Origin: Arcobacteraceae bacterium
GTDB lineage: Bacteria > Campylobacterota > Campylobacteria > Campylobacterales > Arcobacteraceae
DNA: 64,000 nt
NCBI GenBank assembly: GCA_965224485.1
Contig: CBDCZH010000019.1
Coordinates: forward strand, 32,001-96,000
Reading direction: 5' to 3'
Part shown: positions 47,957 to 60,067 of the stretch, one piece after another
Layout of the letters: every line of letters starts with the position of its first letter
How positions within the stretch are numbered: the stretch's first letter is position 1
Position numbers and translations under genes: made by a program
The notes under the pieces: model-generated
The model's input: the letters and a program-made list of their open reading frames with translations, nothing else
The model's database searches: none
What the model was told of the DNA's origin: nothing

Positions 47957-50900
47957 TTAATCACGTAAAAAGTCTTGTATAGACTTAACAGCTATTCCAT
48001 CTTTTTGTTTTAAAGATTTCATGGCTTCTACACAAGCTAAAGCAGCAGCAGCTGTTGTAACATAAGGTACTTTCATTTTAAGAACAGAACGTCTGATATT
48101 TCTACCATCACTTTTTGAGCTCTCTTTACCATCACTGGTATTAAAAGCAAGTGCAATATCACCATTTGTTAATAAATCAGTAATATTAGGTCTTCCTTCT
48201 GAAATTTTTAAAACTTTTTCACAAGGTATTCCTGCTTCAACAATAGTTTTATATGTTCCACCAGTTGCTACAACACTACAATCAATTTCAACTAAACCTT
48301 TTGCTATTTTGGCAGCAAACTCTTTATCTAAATCACATAAAGAGATAAAGACCTTACCTTCAGTTGGTAAGTCATTACTAGCTGCACTTTGAGCTTTGGC
48401 ATATGATTCACCAAAACTATTTGATATTCCCATTACTTCACCAGTTGATTTCATCTCAGGAGTCAAAATCATATCAGAACCAGATAACTTAGCAAAAGGG
48501 AAAACTGCTTCTTTAACTGCTATATGATCTCTTAGTATTGGTTTAAGAACACCATTTCCTTCCCATACTAAATCAAAATTATATGCAGCAAGAGCAACTC
48601 TTAAACTCTCTCCCCACATAACTCGAGTAGCCACTTTAGCTAAAGGCATACCTGTTGCTTTTGATACAAAAGGAACAGTTCTTGAGGCTCTTGGATTTAC
48701 TTCTATTAAATAAATTTCGCCCTTATGAATTGCATATTGAACATTCATAAGTCCTATAACACCTAAATTAAGTGCCATAGTTTTAGTTTTTTCTTCTAAT
48801 TCTTTTATTAGTGAAGCATCAATAGAAACAGGAGGTAAAGAACAAGCTGAATCACCTGAATGAACCCCAGCTTCTTCAATATGCTGCATAATTCCACCAA
48901 TATAAACTTCTTTTCCATCACAAATACAATCTACATCAAGCTCAATTGCACGATCTAAAAATCTATCAATTAAAACAGGAGCATCATTTGAAACTTCAAC
49001 AGCTGCACCCATATATTTTTTAAGTTCATCTTCTGAATAAACAATTCTCATTCCACGTCCACCTAAAACAAATGAAGGACGAACAAGTACTGGATAACCA
49101 ATTCTTTGTGCAATTTCAAGAGCTTCATTAACTTCAACAGCTGTTCCATTTTCAGGTTGTAATAAACCAGCATCTTCAACAAATTTAGAGAATTTTTTTC
49201 TATCTTCTGCTAAATCAATTACTTCAGCCGTAGTTCCAATAATCTTAGCTCCAATTTTTGTTAAAGCATTTGCTAATTTTAAAGGTGTCTGACCTCCAAA
49301 ATGAACGATAACACCATCTGGTTGCTCTTTTTCAATTACAGACCTTACATGTTCAAAATCAATTGGTTCAAAATAAAGTACATCAGAAGTATCATAATCA
49401 GTTGATACAGTTTCAGGATTACAATTGTACATTATTGTTTTAACACCTATTTCATTTAAAGCAAAAGAGGCATGAACACAACAATAATCAAACTCTATTC
49501 CTTGTCCAATTCTATTAGGACCTCCCCCAATAATTAGAACTTTCTTATCAGTACTAGGTTCTTTTTTAACACTTGGAAGTTTTGTAATATTTGTACTTGA
49601 GTAAAGATAAGGTGTAAGTGCTTTAAACTCAGCAGCACAAGTATCAACTTCATTATATTCAAAATCAACACCTAGACTTTTTCTTGCAGTATAAATATCA
49701 TCTTCACTTTTATTAAGTAAAGAAGCTATCATTAAGTCTGAGAAACCATTTGATTTAGCTATTCGCATAGCTTTTTCATCTTTTAAAATAGTATCATTAA
49801 TTGATATTTCTATATTATAGATTTCTCTAAATTTAGCTAAATACCAAGGATCAATTTTAGATAAATCAAAAAGCTCTTCATTACTTAAACCTTCTCTATA
49901 TCCTTGCATTACATATAATAATCTTTTTTCATTGGGACGTCTAATCTCTTTTTTAATAAATTCTAAATCAGCTTCAATCTTATCAAAACCGCAAAGTCCA
50001 GTTTCTAATGAACATAAGGCTTTTTGAATAGATTCATTAAATGTTCTTCCCATTGCCATAACTTCACCAACACTTTTCATAGAAGTTGTTAAAGTAGAAT
50101 CAGCTTTTGGAAATTTTTCAAAAGTAAAACGAGGAATTTTTGTAACAATATAATCAATTACGGGTTCAAAAGAAGCCGTTGTTCCTGTTATATCATTTTG
50201 GATTTCATCTAAAGTAAAACCAACAGCTAAAAGTGTTGCTACTTTAGCAATAGGATAACCTGTTGCTTTTGACGCAAGTGCAGAAGATCTTGATACTCGT
50301 GGATTCATCTCAATTACTATCATTCTTCCAGTATCTGGACAAATTGAGAATTGCACATTTGAACCACCTGTATCAACACCAATTTCTCGTAAAATTGCAA
50401 AAGAAGCATTTCTCATATCTTGGTATTCTTTATCGCTTAAAGTTAAAGCAGGTGCTATAGTAATACTATCACCTGTATGAACACCCATTGGATCAAGGTT
50501 TTCAATTGAGCATACAATAATACAATTATCTTTTGTATCTCGTATAACTTCCATCTCATACTCTTTCCAACCAAGCATAGATTCCATAACTTCTATTTCA
50601 TTAATAGGTGAGGCATCAATTCCTGCTTCTGCTAGAAGTTTAAACTCTTCCATATTATAAGCAACACCGCTACCTCCACCTGCAAGAGTAAAAGAAGCTC
50701 TTGAAATTACAGGGAAACCAATCTCTTTAGCTACGATAATCGCTTCTTCAACAGTATAAGCATTTGCACTTTTTGGTAAATCCATACCAATTTTTCTCAT
50801 AGCTTCATTAAATAAGTGTCGATCTTCACCTTTTTTAATAGCCTCTGGCGTAGCTCTAAAAACTCAATACCTTCAAGCATACCTTTATCATACATAGAAG

Positions 50901-51198
50901 TTGCAACATTAAGTGCAGTTTGTCCACCCATAGTAGGTAAAATTGCATCAATATTTTCTTGTTTAATAATTTTCTCAACAACTTCTTCTGTTATTGGTTC
51001 AATATACGTTTTATCTGCGAATTCAGGGTCTGTCATAATAGTTGCTGGATTAGAGTTAATTAAAACTACTCTATAACCTAACTCTTTAAGTGTTTTTGTT
51101 GCTTGAGTACCTGAATAATCAAATTCACAAGCTTGCCCAATAATAATAGGACCTGATCCTATAAGTAAAATAGATTTTATATCTTCTCTTTTTGGCAT
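47957..51198 (-). CDS. carB: Carbamoyl-phosphate synthase large subunit, with a -1 indel near 50856
   Basis: [30 protein letters not shown] and [18 protein letters not shown]. Adding one G restores [15 protein letters not shown] and a 1081-codon frame. Confidence 0.95.
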
Positions 51199-51301
51199 TT
51201 ACTTCCCCATATAGTAATTTAAAAATCTGACAATTCTATCTTAAAAGGGCTTAAAACAAGGTTATAATAGAAAAATAGGATAAATAAAAAAGAAGTTGTT
51301 T

Positions 51302-51337
51302 TAGGAATAAATAGAAAGTTAAATCTACTTATTCCTA
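51302..51337 (-). terminator. Hairpin after the ThiF-family gene, probable terminator
   Basis: Minus strand TAGGAATAAGTAGA-loop-TCTATTTATTCCTA with one G-U pair; no clear U tail. Confidence 0.55.
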
Positions 51338-51351
51338 GATTTTATATTTGT

Positions 51352-52033
51352 TTAGGCAGTGGGGAGATTAAATTTTTTAGTTTCTAAAACACCTTCATCA
51401 TCAAAAGACAAATAATACAAGATATCTTTTTTAACTTTTAATCCTGTTAAGTATCTAAGAGCAAGGTTTGCTTGCAGTGATGCTATATGCATTACAATAG
51501 GGCAAGCAATTCCATTTGGTTTTCTATCATTTATTTTAAAAACTGCTTCATATGATGCTTTTTCAAAAAAACAAACTTGCCCATGAAACTCTTCAACAGA
51601 ACCATATATCCAAGCTTGTTTGTTTTTTAAACAATAAGTATTGATATCAGCTCTTGTTGGTAAATTATCAGTTGCATCAATAACAATATCAAAGTCTAAA
51701 CCTCTTAGGGCAAAATCTTGGAAACTTTCATTAATAAGAAGTAACTTTGACATAAGGACATCTATCTATAAGTAAGGTTTTTAAAACTTCTGCTTTACTT
51801 TTGTTATTGTCAGAAACTTTAAAAGCTATTTGTCTATGAATATTATGAAGTCCTACAACATCAAAATCAACTAAGGCAAACTCCCCTATTCCAGAAGCTC
51901 CTAAAGCAATTGCTAAAGAACACCCTAATCCACCTGAACCAATAATAGCAACTTTTTTATCTTGTAAAGAGTCTTGTACATCTTCTCCCCATAATTTTAT
52001 TTGCCTATTAAAAAATTCATGTATTTCACTCAT
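51352..52033 (-). CDS. ThiF/MoeB/HesA-family adenylyltransferase, with a +1 indel near 51733
   Basis: FFNRQIKLWG, IGSGGLG, DFDVVGLHNIHRQ, DATDN. Removing one T gives VTSYNESFQD and a 227-codon frame; GGAG RBS before the ATG at 52033. Confidence 0.85.
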
Positions 52034-52100
52034 TTGTATCTCCATATTTTTTAAAAATTATATCATAAACTTATATTAATTATAAGTAAATAATAATATT

Positions 52101-52310
52101 CTAAGAACTTAATTCTTCAAACTGTAGTTTTGCATCATCAAGAAGTTTTTGTGCTTCTTCAATTTGTTTAATACCATCTTTATAAATACTCATTGATTCA
52201 CTTAAGGTAATATCTTGATTTGCTAATTTTTCTAATAACTCTTTTGCACAATTAATTTTTTCTTCAAAATTAATATCTTTATTCTCACTTGTTTCTATTT
52301 CTTTACTCAT
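52101..52310 (-). CDS. xseB: Exodeoxyribonuclease VII small subunit
   Basis: FEEKI...ITLSESMSIYKDG...AQKLLDDAKL; 69 aa. Confidence 0.85.
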   Translation of the reverse strand: MSKEIETSENKDINFEEKINCAKELLEKLANQDITLSESMSIYKDGIKQIEEAQKLLDDAKLQFEELSS

Positions 52311-52311
52311 T

Positions 52312-53412
52312 TTATTCCTTTATTGCACTTTTTATATAATCTTTAAACTTATCAAGTTCTACTAAAAAAGAGTCATGCCCATGTGTAGACTCAACCATTT
52401 TATATGAAACATTTGGCATTTTAAGATCTTTCATAATATTATAAATTTCTTCCATTTCTTCTGGAAAAAATAAATTATCATCAGAAAAAGAAATCAAATG
52501 CAAATTTGTTTTTATTTTAGCTAATACATCTTCTATCTTATCACTTCCTCTTGAAACATTAAAAATATTCATCGTTTTACAAATATATAAATATGATAAA
52601 GGATCAAAAATTTTAGGAAAGTTATAAGCATTATATTCTAAATATCGCTCAACCTCAAATCTTCCAAAAAGTTCATATAAACCATCAGTTGAACAATACT
52701 CTCTTCCAAATTTTTTATTCATAGAAGAAGGAGTTGTATAAGCAATAAGACCGGCCATTCTTCCAATAGCAAGTCCAGCTAAACCATTTGCTAATAAATC
52801 TTCTTCTTCATAATTTCCATTTTTAAAACTAGGGTCGTGCCTGATTGCTTCCATTGCTATTTTATTAGAAGCTATTGCCCAAGGTCTAGTATATGCAGTT
52901 GTTGCAAGGGCAATAATATTTTTAGAAAACTCTGGATATTCAATAGAATAACATAAAGCTTGCATTCCTCCCATGGAACCACCAATAATAGCATGCACAC
53001 TATTGATTCCTAAAGAAGACAATAATATTTTTTGTGCTTTTACTATATCAGATATTGCCAAAACAGGAAACTTAAACCTAAGAGCTTCACTAGAAGGATC
53101 TTCTGAACCAAGAGGTGAAGTTGAACCAAAACATGAGCCTAAATTATTAGAACAAATAACAAAATATTTTTTTGTATCAACTGTTTTTCCATCTCCAATT
53201 AAAGTATCCCACCAACCAGGTTTTGCTTCATTTTCGTATCTTCCTGCAGCATGATGTGAACCAGAAAGTGCATGACAAATTATTATTACATTTGATTTAT
53301 CAGAATTTAATTTACCATATGTTTCATATTTGATTTCAAAAGATTCAAGTATTCGACCACTTTCTAAATATAAAGAATCCGTAAATTTAGCTGTTTTAGT
53401 TTCTATTTTCAA
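52312..53412 (-). CDS. metX: Homoserine O-acetyltransferase (TTG start)
   Basis: ICHALSGSHH, GWW, GGSMGGMQ, HGHDSFL; AAGGA RBS. Confidence 0.92.
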   Translation of the reverse strand: MKIETKTAKFTDSLYLESGRILESFEIKYETYGKLNSDKSNVIIICHALSGSHHAAGRYENEAKPGWWDTLIGDGKTVDTKKYFVICSNNLGSCFGSTSPLGSEDPSSEALRFKFPVLAISDIVKAQKILLSSLGINSVHAIIGGSMGGMQALCYSIEYPEFSKNIIALATTAYTRPWAIASNKIAMEAIRHDPSFKNGNYEEEDLLANGLAGLAIGRMAGLIAYTTPSSMNKKFGREYCSTDGLYELFGRFEVERYLEYNAYNFPKIFDPLSYLYICKTMNIFNVSRGSDKIEDVLAKIKTNLHLISFSDDNLFFPEEMEEIYNIMKDLKMPNVSYKMVESTHGHDSFLVELDKFKDYIKSAIKE

Positions 53413-53488
53413 ATTTATTATTTCCTTATTTTCTTAGTTAAAATTTTAGCAAAATATTCCTAAATTGTTTTTATTTATAAGTTAAGAA

Positions 53489-54481
53489 TTATAAATTCTC
53501 TAGACTTAGCAGATATTTTTCTTTTTCTTCTTTTGATAGAAAAGAAGAAACAAAAGAATTTTTAATAAGTTGCACAATATCTTTTTTACTTAAGTCTAAA
53601 TTTTCATATAAAGAAATAAAATTGTCATTTAAATATCCTTTAAAATAAGAAGGGTCATCTGAGTTAACACTAACATTTAAACCAAGCTCTAAAAGTTTTT
53701 TAATATTATGTTCTTTCATACTAGAAAATACTTTTAACTCTATATTTGAAAAAGGACAAATAGTTAAAGGCATTTGAGTATCTTTTAAAATATTTATTAA
53801 TTCTTGTGAATTAATTGCTTGAACACCATGATCAATTCTATGTACTTCTAAATCATTTATTGCTTCATTTATATATTCATATGAGGCTTCTTCTCCAGCA
53901 TGAGCAACAAGTTTAAATCCTTCTTCTTTTGCCTTTTTAAAGACTTTTTTGAACTTAGAAGGAGGATTTCCAATCTCAGATGAGTCAAGACCAATTCCTA
54001 CAATTAAATCCTTATATAAGATAACTTCTTCTAAGGTCTCTAAAGCTTCTTCTTGGGATAAATGTCTTAAAAAACAGGCAATTATTTTTGAACTTATTCC
54101 TAAAGTAGTAGAAGCCTTTTCTAAAGCTTGTGAAATTCCTAAGATAACTGTTTTAAAAGATACTCCTCTTGAGGTATGACTTTGGGGATCAAAAAATATT
54201 TCTGTATGCACTATATTATTTTCTTTACATTTTAATAAATATGCCCACGTTAAATCAAAAAAATCATCTTTTGTAATTAAAACATTCGTACCTTCGTAAT
54301 AAAGGTCTAAAAAACTTTGTAGATTTGTAAACTTATAGGCTTTTTTAAGATCTTTAATATTTGAATAAGGTATCTTTATATTATTTTTTATAGCCTTAGA
54401 AAATAACATTTCAGGCTCTAATGATCCTTCTATATGTATATGAAGTTCTGCTTTTGGTATTTTTTTTATAAAATCTATCAT
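53489..54481 (-). CDS. add: Adenosine/adenine deaminase
   Basis: [31 protein letters not shown]; likely ATG at 54481 overlaps the upstream TGA (ATGA). Confidence 0.88.
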   Translation of the reverse strand: MIDFIKKIPKAELHIHIEGSLEPEMLFSKAIKNNIKIPYSNIKDLKKAYKFTNLQSFLDLYYEGTNVLITKDDFFDLTWAYLLKCKENNIVHTEIFFDPQSHTSRGVSFKTVILGISQALEKASTTLGISSKIIACFLRHLSQEEALETLEEVILYKDLIVGIGLDSSEIGNPPSKFKKVFKKAKEEGFKLVAHAGEEASYEYINEAINDLEVHRIDHGVQAINSQELINILKDTQMPLTICPFSNIELKVFSSMKEHNIKKLLELGLNVSVNSDDPSYFKGYLNDNFISLYENLDLSKKDIVQLIKNSFVSSFLSKEEKEKYLLSLENL

Positions 54482-54918
54482 TCTTCTATAATTTCTTCTT
54501 TCATTATTTTTTGCCATCTCTCGCTAGGAACCCAAGTTTTTAGTAAACTTAAATCTATTTTTTCAAAAGGTGTTTTTAAAATATACTTATGATATACATA
54601 CATAAAAGCACTAACTCGATAATTCATGGCACAATGAATCCAAACTTTTCTATTTTTATTTATTTTTAATAAATCAATAAATAACAATAAATCACTTTTT
54701 TTAGGATCCTTAAAATTTACTGGAAGATGAATATATGTAAGACCTAAAGAACTTATAATTTCATCTTCATTTATTAGAGCATTTGAAGCATCACATAAAG
54801 CAAGGTTGATTATAATTTCATACTTTGCCTCTGATATTTGTTTAAACTGCGCAATACTTGGCTGTCCTGAAGTGCTAAGGTTTTCATTTATTTTAATATA
54901 GTTAAAGATATTTTTGAT
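54478..54918 (-). CDS. Tyrosine-phosphatase-fold protein (DUF442/Blh-like), 146 aa, apparent ATC start
   Basis: Open frame (I)[19 protein letters not shown]...IINLA...YIHLPV...[11 protein letters not shown] with a CX4R-type loop; AAGGA 6 nt before ATC; in-frame TAA two codons upstream. Confidence 0.8.
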   Translation of the reverse strand: MKNIFNYIKINENLSTSGQPSIAQFKQISEAKYEIIINLALCDASNALINEDEIISSLGLTYIHLPVNFKDPKKSDLLLFIDLLKINKNRKVWIHCAMNYRVSAFMYVYHKYILKTPFEKIDLSLLKTWVPSERWQKIMKEEIIEE

Positions 54919-56165
54919 TATTTATCCTTTGTTTTACTCTTACTTAAAGCTAATTCTCTTAGTTTATCTTTCTTACTTTTTCTTTTTCCTTTTATAGGTC
55001 CTTTATTCTCTTCTTTCTTAGGTTTTCCGTCTAAAGTAAAACCCTCAATACTTTCTCTTATAAGTTTAATATTTGCACGTTTTTCTATTAAAGAAAAATG
55101 TTCTTGGCTCTCATGTCCTATAAAAGAGATAGCTAAACCTTCTTTTCCAGCTCTTGCCGTTCTTCCAATTCTATGTACATAATCACTAGGGCTTCTTGGT
55201 AAATCATAATTAATCACACAAGAAATATCTTCTAAGTGTAAACCTCTTGCTGCTATATCTGTACAAAACAAAATATTTAAATCCTTTGCCTTAAATTCAT
55301 CTAAGGTATAAGTTCGCTCTTCTTGTGTTAAATCACCATGGAAGCTATCAGCTTTAAAACCATATTTTCTAAACTTAGCTCCTAAATTATCAGCTGCCCT
55401 TTTAGTGGAAACAAAAACCAAAACTTGTTTAAAATCATTATTTGTAAAAAGATATTTTAATAAAGATGGTCTTTTTTCTGTATTTACTTCTATAACTCTT
55501 TGTTTGATTTTATCTACAATTATATTTTCATCTTCAATTTTAACTTCTATAAAATCTTTCATAAATAAACTAGCTATTTCTAACACTTTTGCACTATAGG
55601 TTGCTGAAAAAAGTGAATTTTGACGATTTGTTGGTAAAGCTTCTAAAACTTGGTCTAACTCTTCTTTAAAACCTAAATTCAGCATCTTATCGGCTTCATC
55701 AAGTACAAAAAACTCTAAAGAAGTTAAATCAAGCTGTTTTTTACTTAAAATATCAAGCAATCTACCTGAAGTTGCAACAAGAACATCACAACCTTTTTGA
55801 ACTAAAGTTAATTGATCACCTAAACTCTCACCTCCAATTAATGAAACAATAGATGGTTTCTTTGCAAAAAAAGAAGAAAGAGTTCTAAATACTTCTGCTA
55901 CTTGTAAACTCAATTCTCTTGTTGGAGTTATTACTAAAGCTTTTATTTTAGGTTTTTTATTACTTTTATTTTCTAATATAGTTTGCAAAATAGGAAGAAC
56001 AAAAGCAGCTGTTTTTCCACTTCCTGTTTGAGCTTTGACTATTAAGTCATGTTTTTCTAAAAATAAAGGAATTACTTTTTCTTGAATTATTGTAGCTTCT
56101 TTATAAGAATTATTTTCTAAAGCTTTAATTAATTCATTATTTAGTTTAAAAGAAGAAAAGTCCAT
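54918..56165 (-). CDS. DEAD-box RNA helicase
   Basis: AQTGSGKT, PTREL, DEAD, SAT, ARGL, YVHRIGRTARAG; basic C-terminal tail. Confidence 0.93.
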   Translation of the reverse strand: MDFSSFKLNNELIKALENNSYKEATIIQEKVIPLFLEKHDLIVKAQTGSGKTAAFVLPILQTILENKSNKKPKIKALVITPTRELSLQVAEVFRTLSSFFAKKPSIVSLIGGESLGDQLTLVQKGCDVLVATSGRLLDILSKKQLDLTSLEFFVLDEADKMLNLGFKEELDQVLEALPTNRQNSLFSATYSAKVLEIASLFMKDFIEVKIEDENIIVDKIKQRVIEVNTEKRPSLLKYLFTNNDFKQVLVFVSTKRAADNLGAKFRKYGFKADSFHGDLTQEERTYTLDEFKAKDLNILFCTDIAARGLHLEDISCVINYDLPRSPSDYVHRIGRTARAGKEGLAISFIGHESQEHFSLIEKRANIKLIRESIEGFTLDGKPKKEENKGPIKGKRKSKKDKLRELALSKSKTKDK

Positions 56166-57996
56166 TATAAGTCCTCCAATTTTTTATCATATTTGTAAAG
56201 AATTTCATCAAGTTTACCTTGTTGTAACTCTAAAGTAGCAAAGGTTATCTTCAACCTCTTTTTCATAAGAAGTAACTAATCTTGATATATCCATTATTTT
56301 TGTATTATCACCCTCATTTGAAGCTTTAATTAACTTGTCATGTTCTTCTTCTAATAATTCTTCTATTAAAATTATCTTATTTTCTAAAGCATCTACTTCT
56401 TTTTTCAAAGAAGAAGTTAATTTATTTCTTTCATTTAATAAAGAAGACCTTAGTTTTTTATTCTCTTTTTTATTTATTTTTGGACTTTCTTTATTTTGTT
56501 TCTCTTCTATTTCTTCTTCCCAACCAACTTTTTGTAAAAAATCATCATAACTTCCGTCAAACAAAGAAGCACCTTTTGATGAAAATACTATTAACTTATG
56601 ACAAACTTTTCTTAATAACTCTTCACTATGAGTTACAATAATACTTGAACCTTTAAAGTTTTTAATTGCCTTACTTAAAGCTTCAATAGAGTCCATATCA
56701 AGATGATTAGTAGGTTCATCTAAAAATAATAAGTTTAAATCCTTCGATAAAATTTGTCCTAACATGACCCTAGATTTTTCACCACCTGAAAGTAAAGATA
56801 TTTTTTTCTTTGCATTATCACTTGAAAACATCATAGCGCCACAAATACTTCTAACACTTGATTCACTAAGTTTTGGATTAGCTACATAAATTTCATCCAT
56901 TACACTATTTTTTGGATTTAGGTGAGCTATATTTGTTTGACCAAAATGAGCAAAAGAAGTAGTTCCATGATAAAGGCAAGTTCCACTTAATGCTTTTAGC
57001 TCACCTGCAATTGTATTTAATAAAGTAGATTTACCCTTACCATTTTTTCCAATAATTCCTAAAACTTCACCTTTTTTAATAGTAAAACTAACATCTTTAA
57101 ATAAAATATTATCACTTTTATAAGCGAAACTTAAATCTTTTACTTCTAATAAAACTTTGGCAGGAGTATCTTTAAACTTAAAATCAAAATCTAAAGTTTT
57201 ATCAAAAACTATATCTGAGATTTTGTCCATTTTTTCTAAAATTTTAACTTTTGATTGAGCTTGTGCTGATGTTGAAGCTCTTGCTTTATTTTTAGCAACA
57301 AACTCTTCAAGTTCTTTTCTTTTTTTATCTTGTGAAAGTTTTTGCTTAGCATGATGCTCTTCATTATTTTTTATCTGCTCATAAAACTTATAAGTATTTC
57401 CAGGAATTACACTTAGAGTTTTTCTAATTATTCCAACAGTATGAGTAGTAATACTGTCCATAAAATCCCTATCATGGGTAATAAGGACAACTTCTCCATC
57501 AAAGTTTTTTAAAAACTGTCTTAACCATCGTAGAGACAAAATATCTAAATAATTTGTAGGCTCATCTAATAAAAGCATATTTGGTTCTGTTAATAAAAGT
57601 TTTGCAAGATTAATTCTAATTTGGAAACCTCCTGAAAAACTCAAAGGAGACTTGTCTAAATCTTCTTTTGTAAAACCCAAACCAAATAATATTTTTCTCA
57701 ACTTTATAAATTGAAAACTTATCATCTTCACTTAAAGCTAAAGCTGTTTCATCTCTTAGTGTTTCTTGTGAGAATTCTAAGTATTGTTTTAATGTTCCTA
57801 TTTTATAGTTTTTAGGAATTAGTATTTCCCCAAAATCAGAACTTTCCTCTTTTAAAATAAGTTTAAATAGTGTTGATTTTCCACTTCCATTTCTTCCAAC
57901 AAGACCTATTTTGTTTCCGCTGTTTACTCTTATATTTACATTAGAAAATAGCTCACTACTTCCAAAGTTTTTAGATATATTTATAAGTTCAATCAT
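56165..57996 (-). CDS. ABC-F family ATPase (YheS/Uup-like), with +1 indels near 57694 and 56244
   Basis: GRNGSGKST, FSGGFQIR, GKNGKGKST, two LDEPTN motifs. Correcting both indels gives 610 codons ending ...LDEILYKYDKKLEDL* with a TAATG overlap onto the helicase start. Confidence 0.88.
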
Positions 57997-58154
57997 ATTT
58001 CTCTTTATCGTATTTATTTAAAATGATTATACGATATACTCATTGTTATCTTAATTAGTTCAATAAATAAGAAAAATTATTTTAAGATTATTTTTACCTT
58101 ATTCTTTATATACTATATTCTAAATTATAAGTAACTATTAAAACAAGGATATTA

Positions 58155-59567
58155 ATGTTTAAAAATATTAACACAAAACATAGGTTTTTAATTAATATGA
58201 TAATAGCCCAAATTGGATTTTTCTCAATTTCTATTTCTGCAATTTATTCCTCTTCTAAAATAATTACAATTCTAATACTAAATCTAAGCTTTGCCTTAAT
58301 TATATTATATACAAATTATGCAGCTATGAAAAGAGTTGTTGGAGGTATTGATAGATTTAAGTTATATATGGATGATATTATGAATTTCGTTTTTATGAGA
58401 ACAAATAATATAAAAAAAGCTTCTTATATGAAAAATGATGAAATAGGATTAATTTTAAAAGAATTAAATACTTATGTAGAAAATTTTGAACTTTTAAGAA
58501 AAGATGATATGAAAGTATTAGGAGAAATGGTTCTATCTATGGATAAAATTTCTCAAGGAATTTATAAGTGCAAAATCAATTCACAATCAGATAACTTTAT
58601 GATTCAAGCACTTAGAACATCTGCAAATGATATGATAGATGATACGAATAAGAGCATGGAAGAGCTTAAAAACACTTTACTATTATATTCACAAGATGAT
58701 TTTAGAAAAAACATAAATATCAATCCTGATTTAACAGGTGAGATGTTAATAGTTATGGAATCTGTAAATACTCTTGGAAAAGCACTTAATGCAAATGCAA
58801 AAGAGAACTTTACTAATGGTAAAATTTTAGAAAATGATTCATCAAAAATGAATGAATCTGCTAAAAATGTTTCTTTAAGAGCAAATGAACAAGCTGCGTC
58901 CTTAGAAGAAGTAGCTGCTGCTTTAGAAGAAATAACTTCAATTACAAGTAATAACACACAAAATGCAATAAAAATGGCTAATTTAGGAGATAAGGTAAAA
59001 AGTAGTGTAAAAAAAGGGCAAGTTTTAGCAAACCAAACTACTTCTTCTATGGACAATATTAATCAAGAGATTAACGCAATAAGTGAGGCTATTATTGTAA
59101 TTGATCAAATTGCTTTCCAAACAAATATACTCTCACTTAATGCAGCAGTAGAAGCAGCAACAGCAGGTGAAGCTGGAAAAGGTTTCGCAGTAGTTGCCCA
59201 AGAAGTAAGAAACCTTGCCTCAAGGTCAGCACAAGCAGCAAAAGAGATTAAAGAATTAGTACAAAGTGCGACAATTAAGGCAAATGAAGGAAAAACAATA
59301 TCAGACGAGATGATTTCTGGTTATATTGAATTAAATACAAATATATCAGAAACAATAATACTTATTGATGATGTAAGTACAGCTTCTAAAGAACAAATGA
59401 GTGGAATTGAACAAATAAACGACTCAGTGTCAAAATTAGATCATGTAACCCAAGAAAATGCAAGTGAAGCAAATTCTCTTTCACTAATTGCAAAACAAAC
59501 ATTACAATTAGCAAAAAATTTAGTAGAAGATGCAAAAAATAAGAAATTTTGTGATATAGAAGGATAA
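58155..59567 (+). CDS. Methyl-accepting chemotaxis protein, CetA-like
   Basis: Two closely spaced N-terminal TM helices with no periplasmic domain; [37 protein letters not shown]. Confidence 0.9.
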   Translation: MFKNINTKHRFLINMIIAQIGFFSISISAIYSSSKIITILILNLSFALIILYTNYAAMKRVVGGIDRFKLYMDDIMNFVFMRTNNIKKASYMKNDEIGLILKELNTYVENFELLRKDDMKVLGEMVLSMDKISQGIYKCKINSQSDNFMIQALRTSANDMIDDTNKSMEELKNTLLLYSQDDFRKNININPDLTGEMLIVMESVNTLGKALNANAKENFTNGKILENDSSKMNESAKNVSLRANEQAASLEEVAAALEEITSITSNNTQNAIKMANLGDKVKSSVKKGQVLANQTTSSMDNINQEINAISEAIIVIDQIAFQTNILSLNAAVEAATAGEAGKGFAVVAQEVRNLASRSAQAAKEIKELVQSATIKANEGKTISDEMISGYIELNTNISETIILIDDVSTASKEQMSGIEQINDSVSKLDHVTQENASEANSLSLIAKQTLQLAKNLVEDAKNKKFCDIEG

Positions 59568-59569
59568 AT

Positions 59570-59968
59570 ATGGCTTTAAATCAAGAAACGATTTTAGACG
59601 AACACTCTTTTTTAGTAAGTGAAACAGATGCTAAAGGAATTATAAAATTTGCAAACAAAGATTTCTGTCATTATGCAGAGTATAAAGTAAAAGAATTAAT
59701 TGGAAAACCTCATAGTATAGTAAGACATAAAGATATGCCAAAAATAGCTTTTAAATCACTTTGGGACACTGTTTCCAAAGGTGAAATTTGGACTGGTTAT
59801 GTTAAGAACGCTACAAAATCTGGCGGTTATTATTGGGTTTATGCAACTGTTTATCCTTTTGAAAGTTTTGATGGTTCTATGGGTTATTTATCTTGTAGAA
59901 GGAAACCTTCTAAAGAAGAGATTCAAGAACATGAAAAATTATATAAAGAATGGATGAAAGAAGAATAG
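59570..59968 (+). CDS. Stand-alone Aer-type PAS sensor, CetB-like
   Basis: VSETDAKGII.FAN, ELIGKPHSIVRHKDMP..AF..LW, W.GYVKN...G.YYWV. Confidence 0.88.
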   Translation: MALNQETILDEHSFLVSETDAKGIIKFANKDFCHYAEYKVKELIGKPHSIVRHKDMPKIAFKSLWDTVSKGEIWTGYVKNATKSGGYYWVYATVYPFESFDGSMGYLSCRRKPSKEEIQEHEKLYKEWMKEE

Positions 59969-60067
59969 AAAAATCTTTAATCATAATTATAATTATTAAT
60001 TTTAATATAATAATTATTTAAATTATGGTATCCTTCTTTTAAGATATCCCTAAATTAAAGTGAAATT

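Noticed and set aside
58604..59056. 150-aa minus-strand ORF, and other short ORFs nested in genes (e.g. 984, 6241, 16598, 22339, 52973, 62188)
   Set aside because: All overlap well-supported genes on the opposite strand or in another frame, and show no recognisable motifs.
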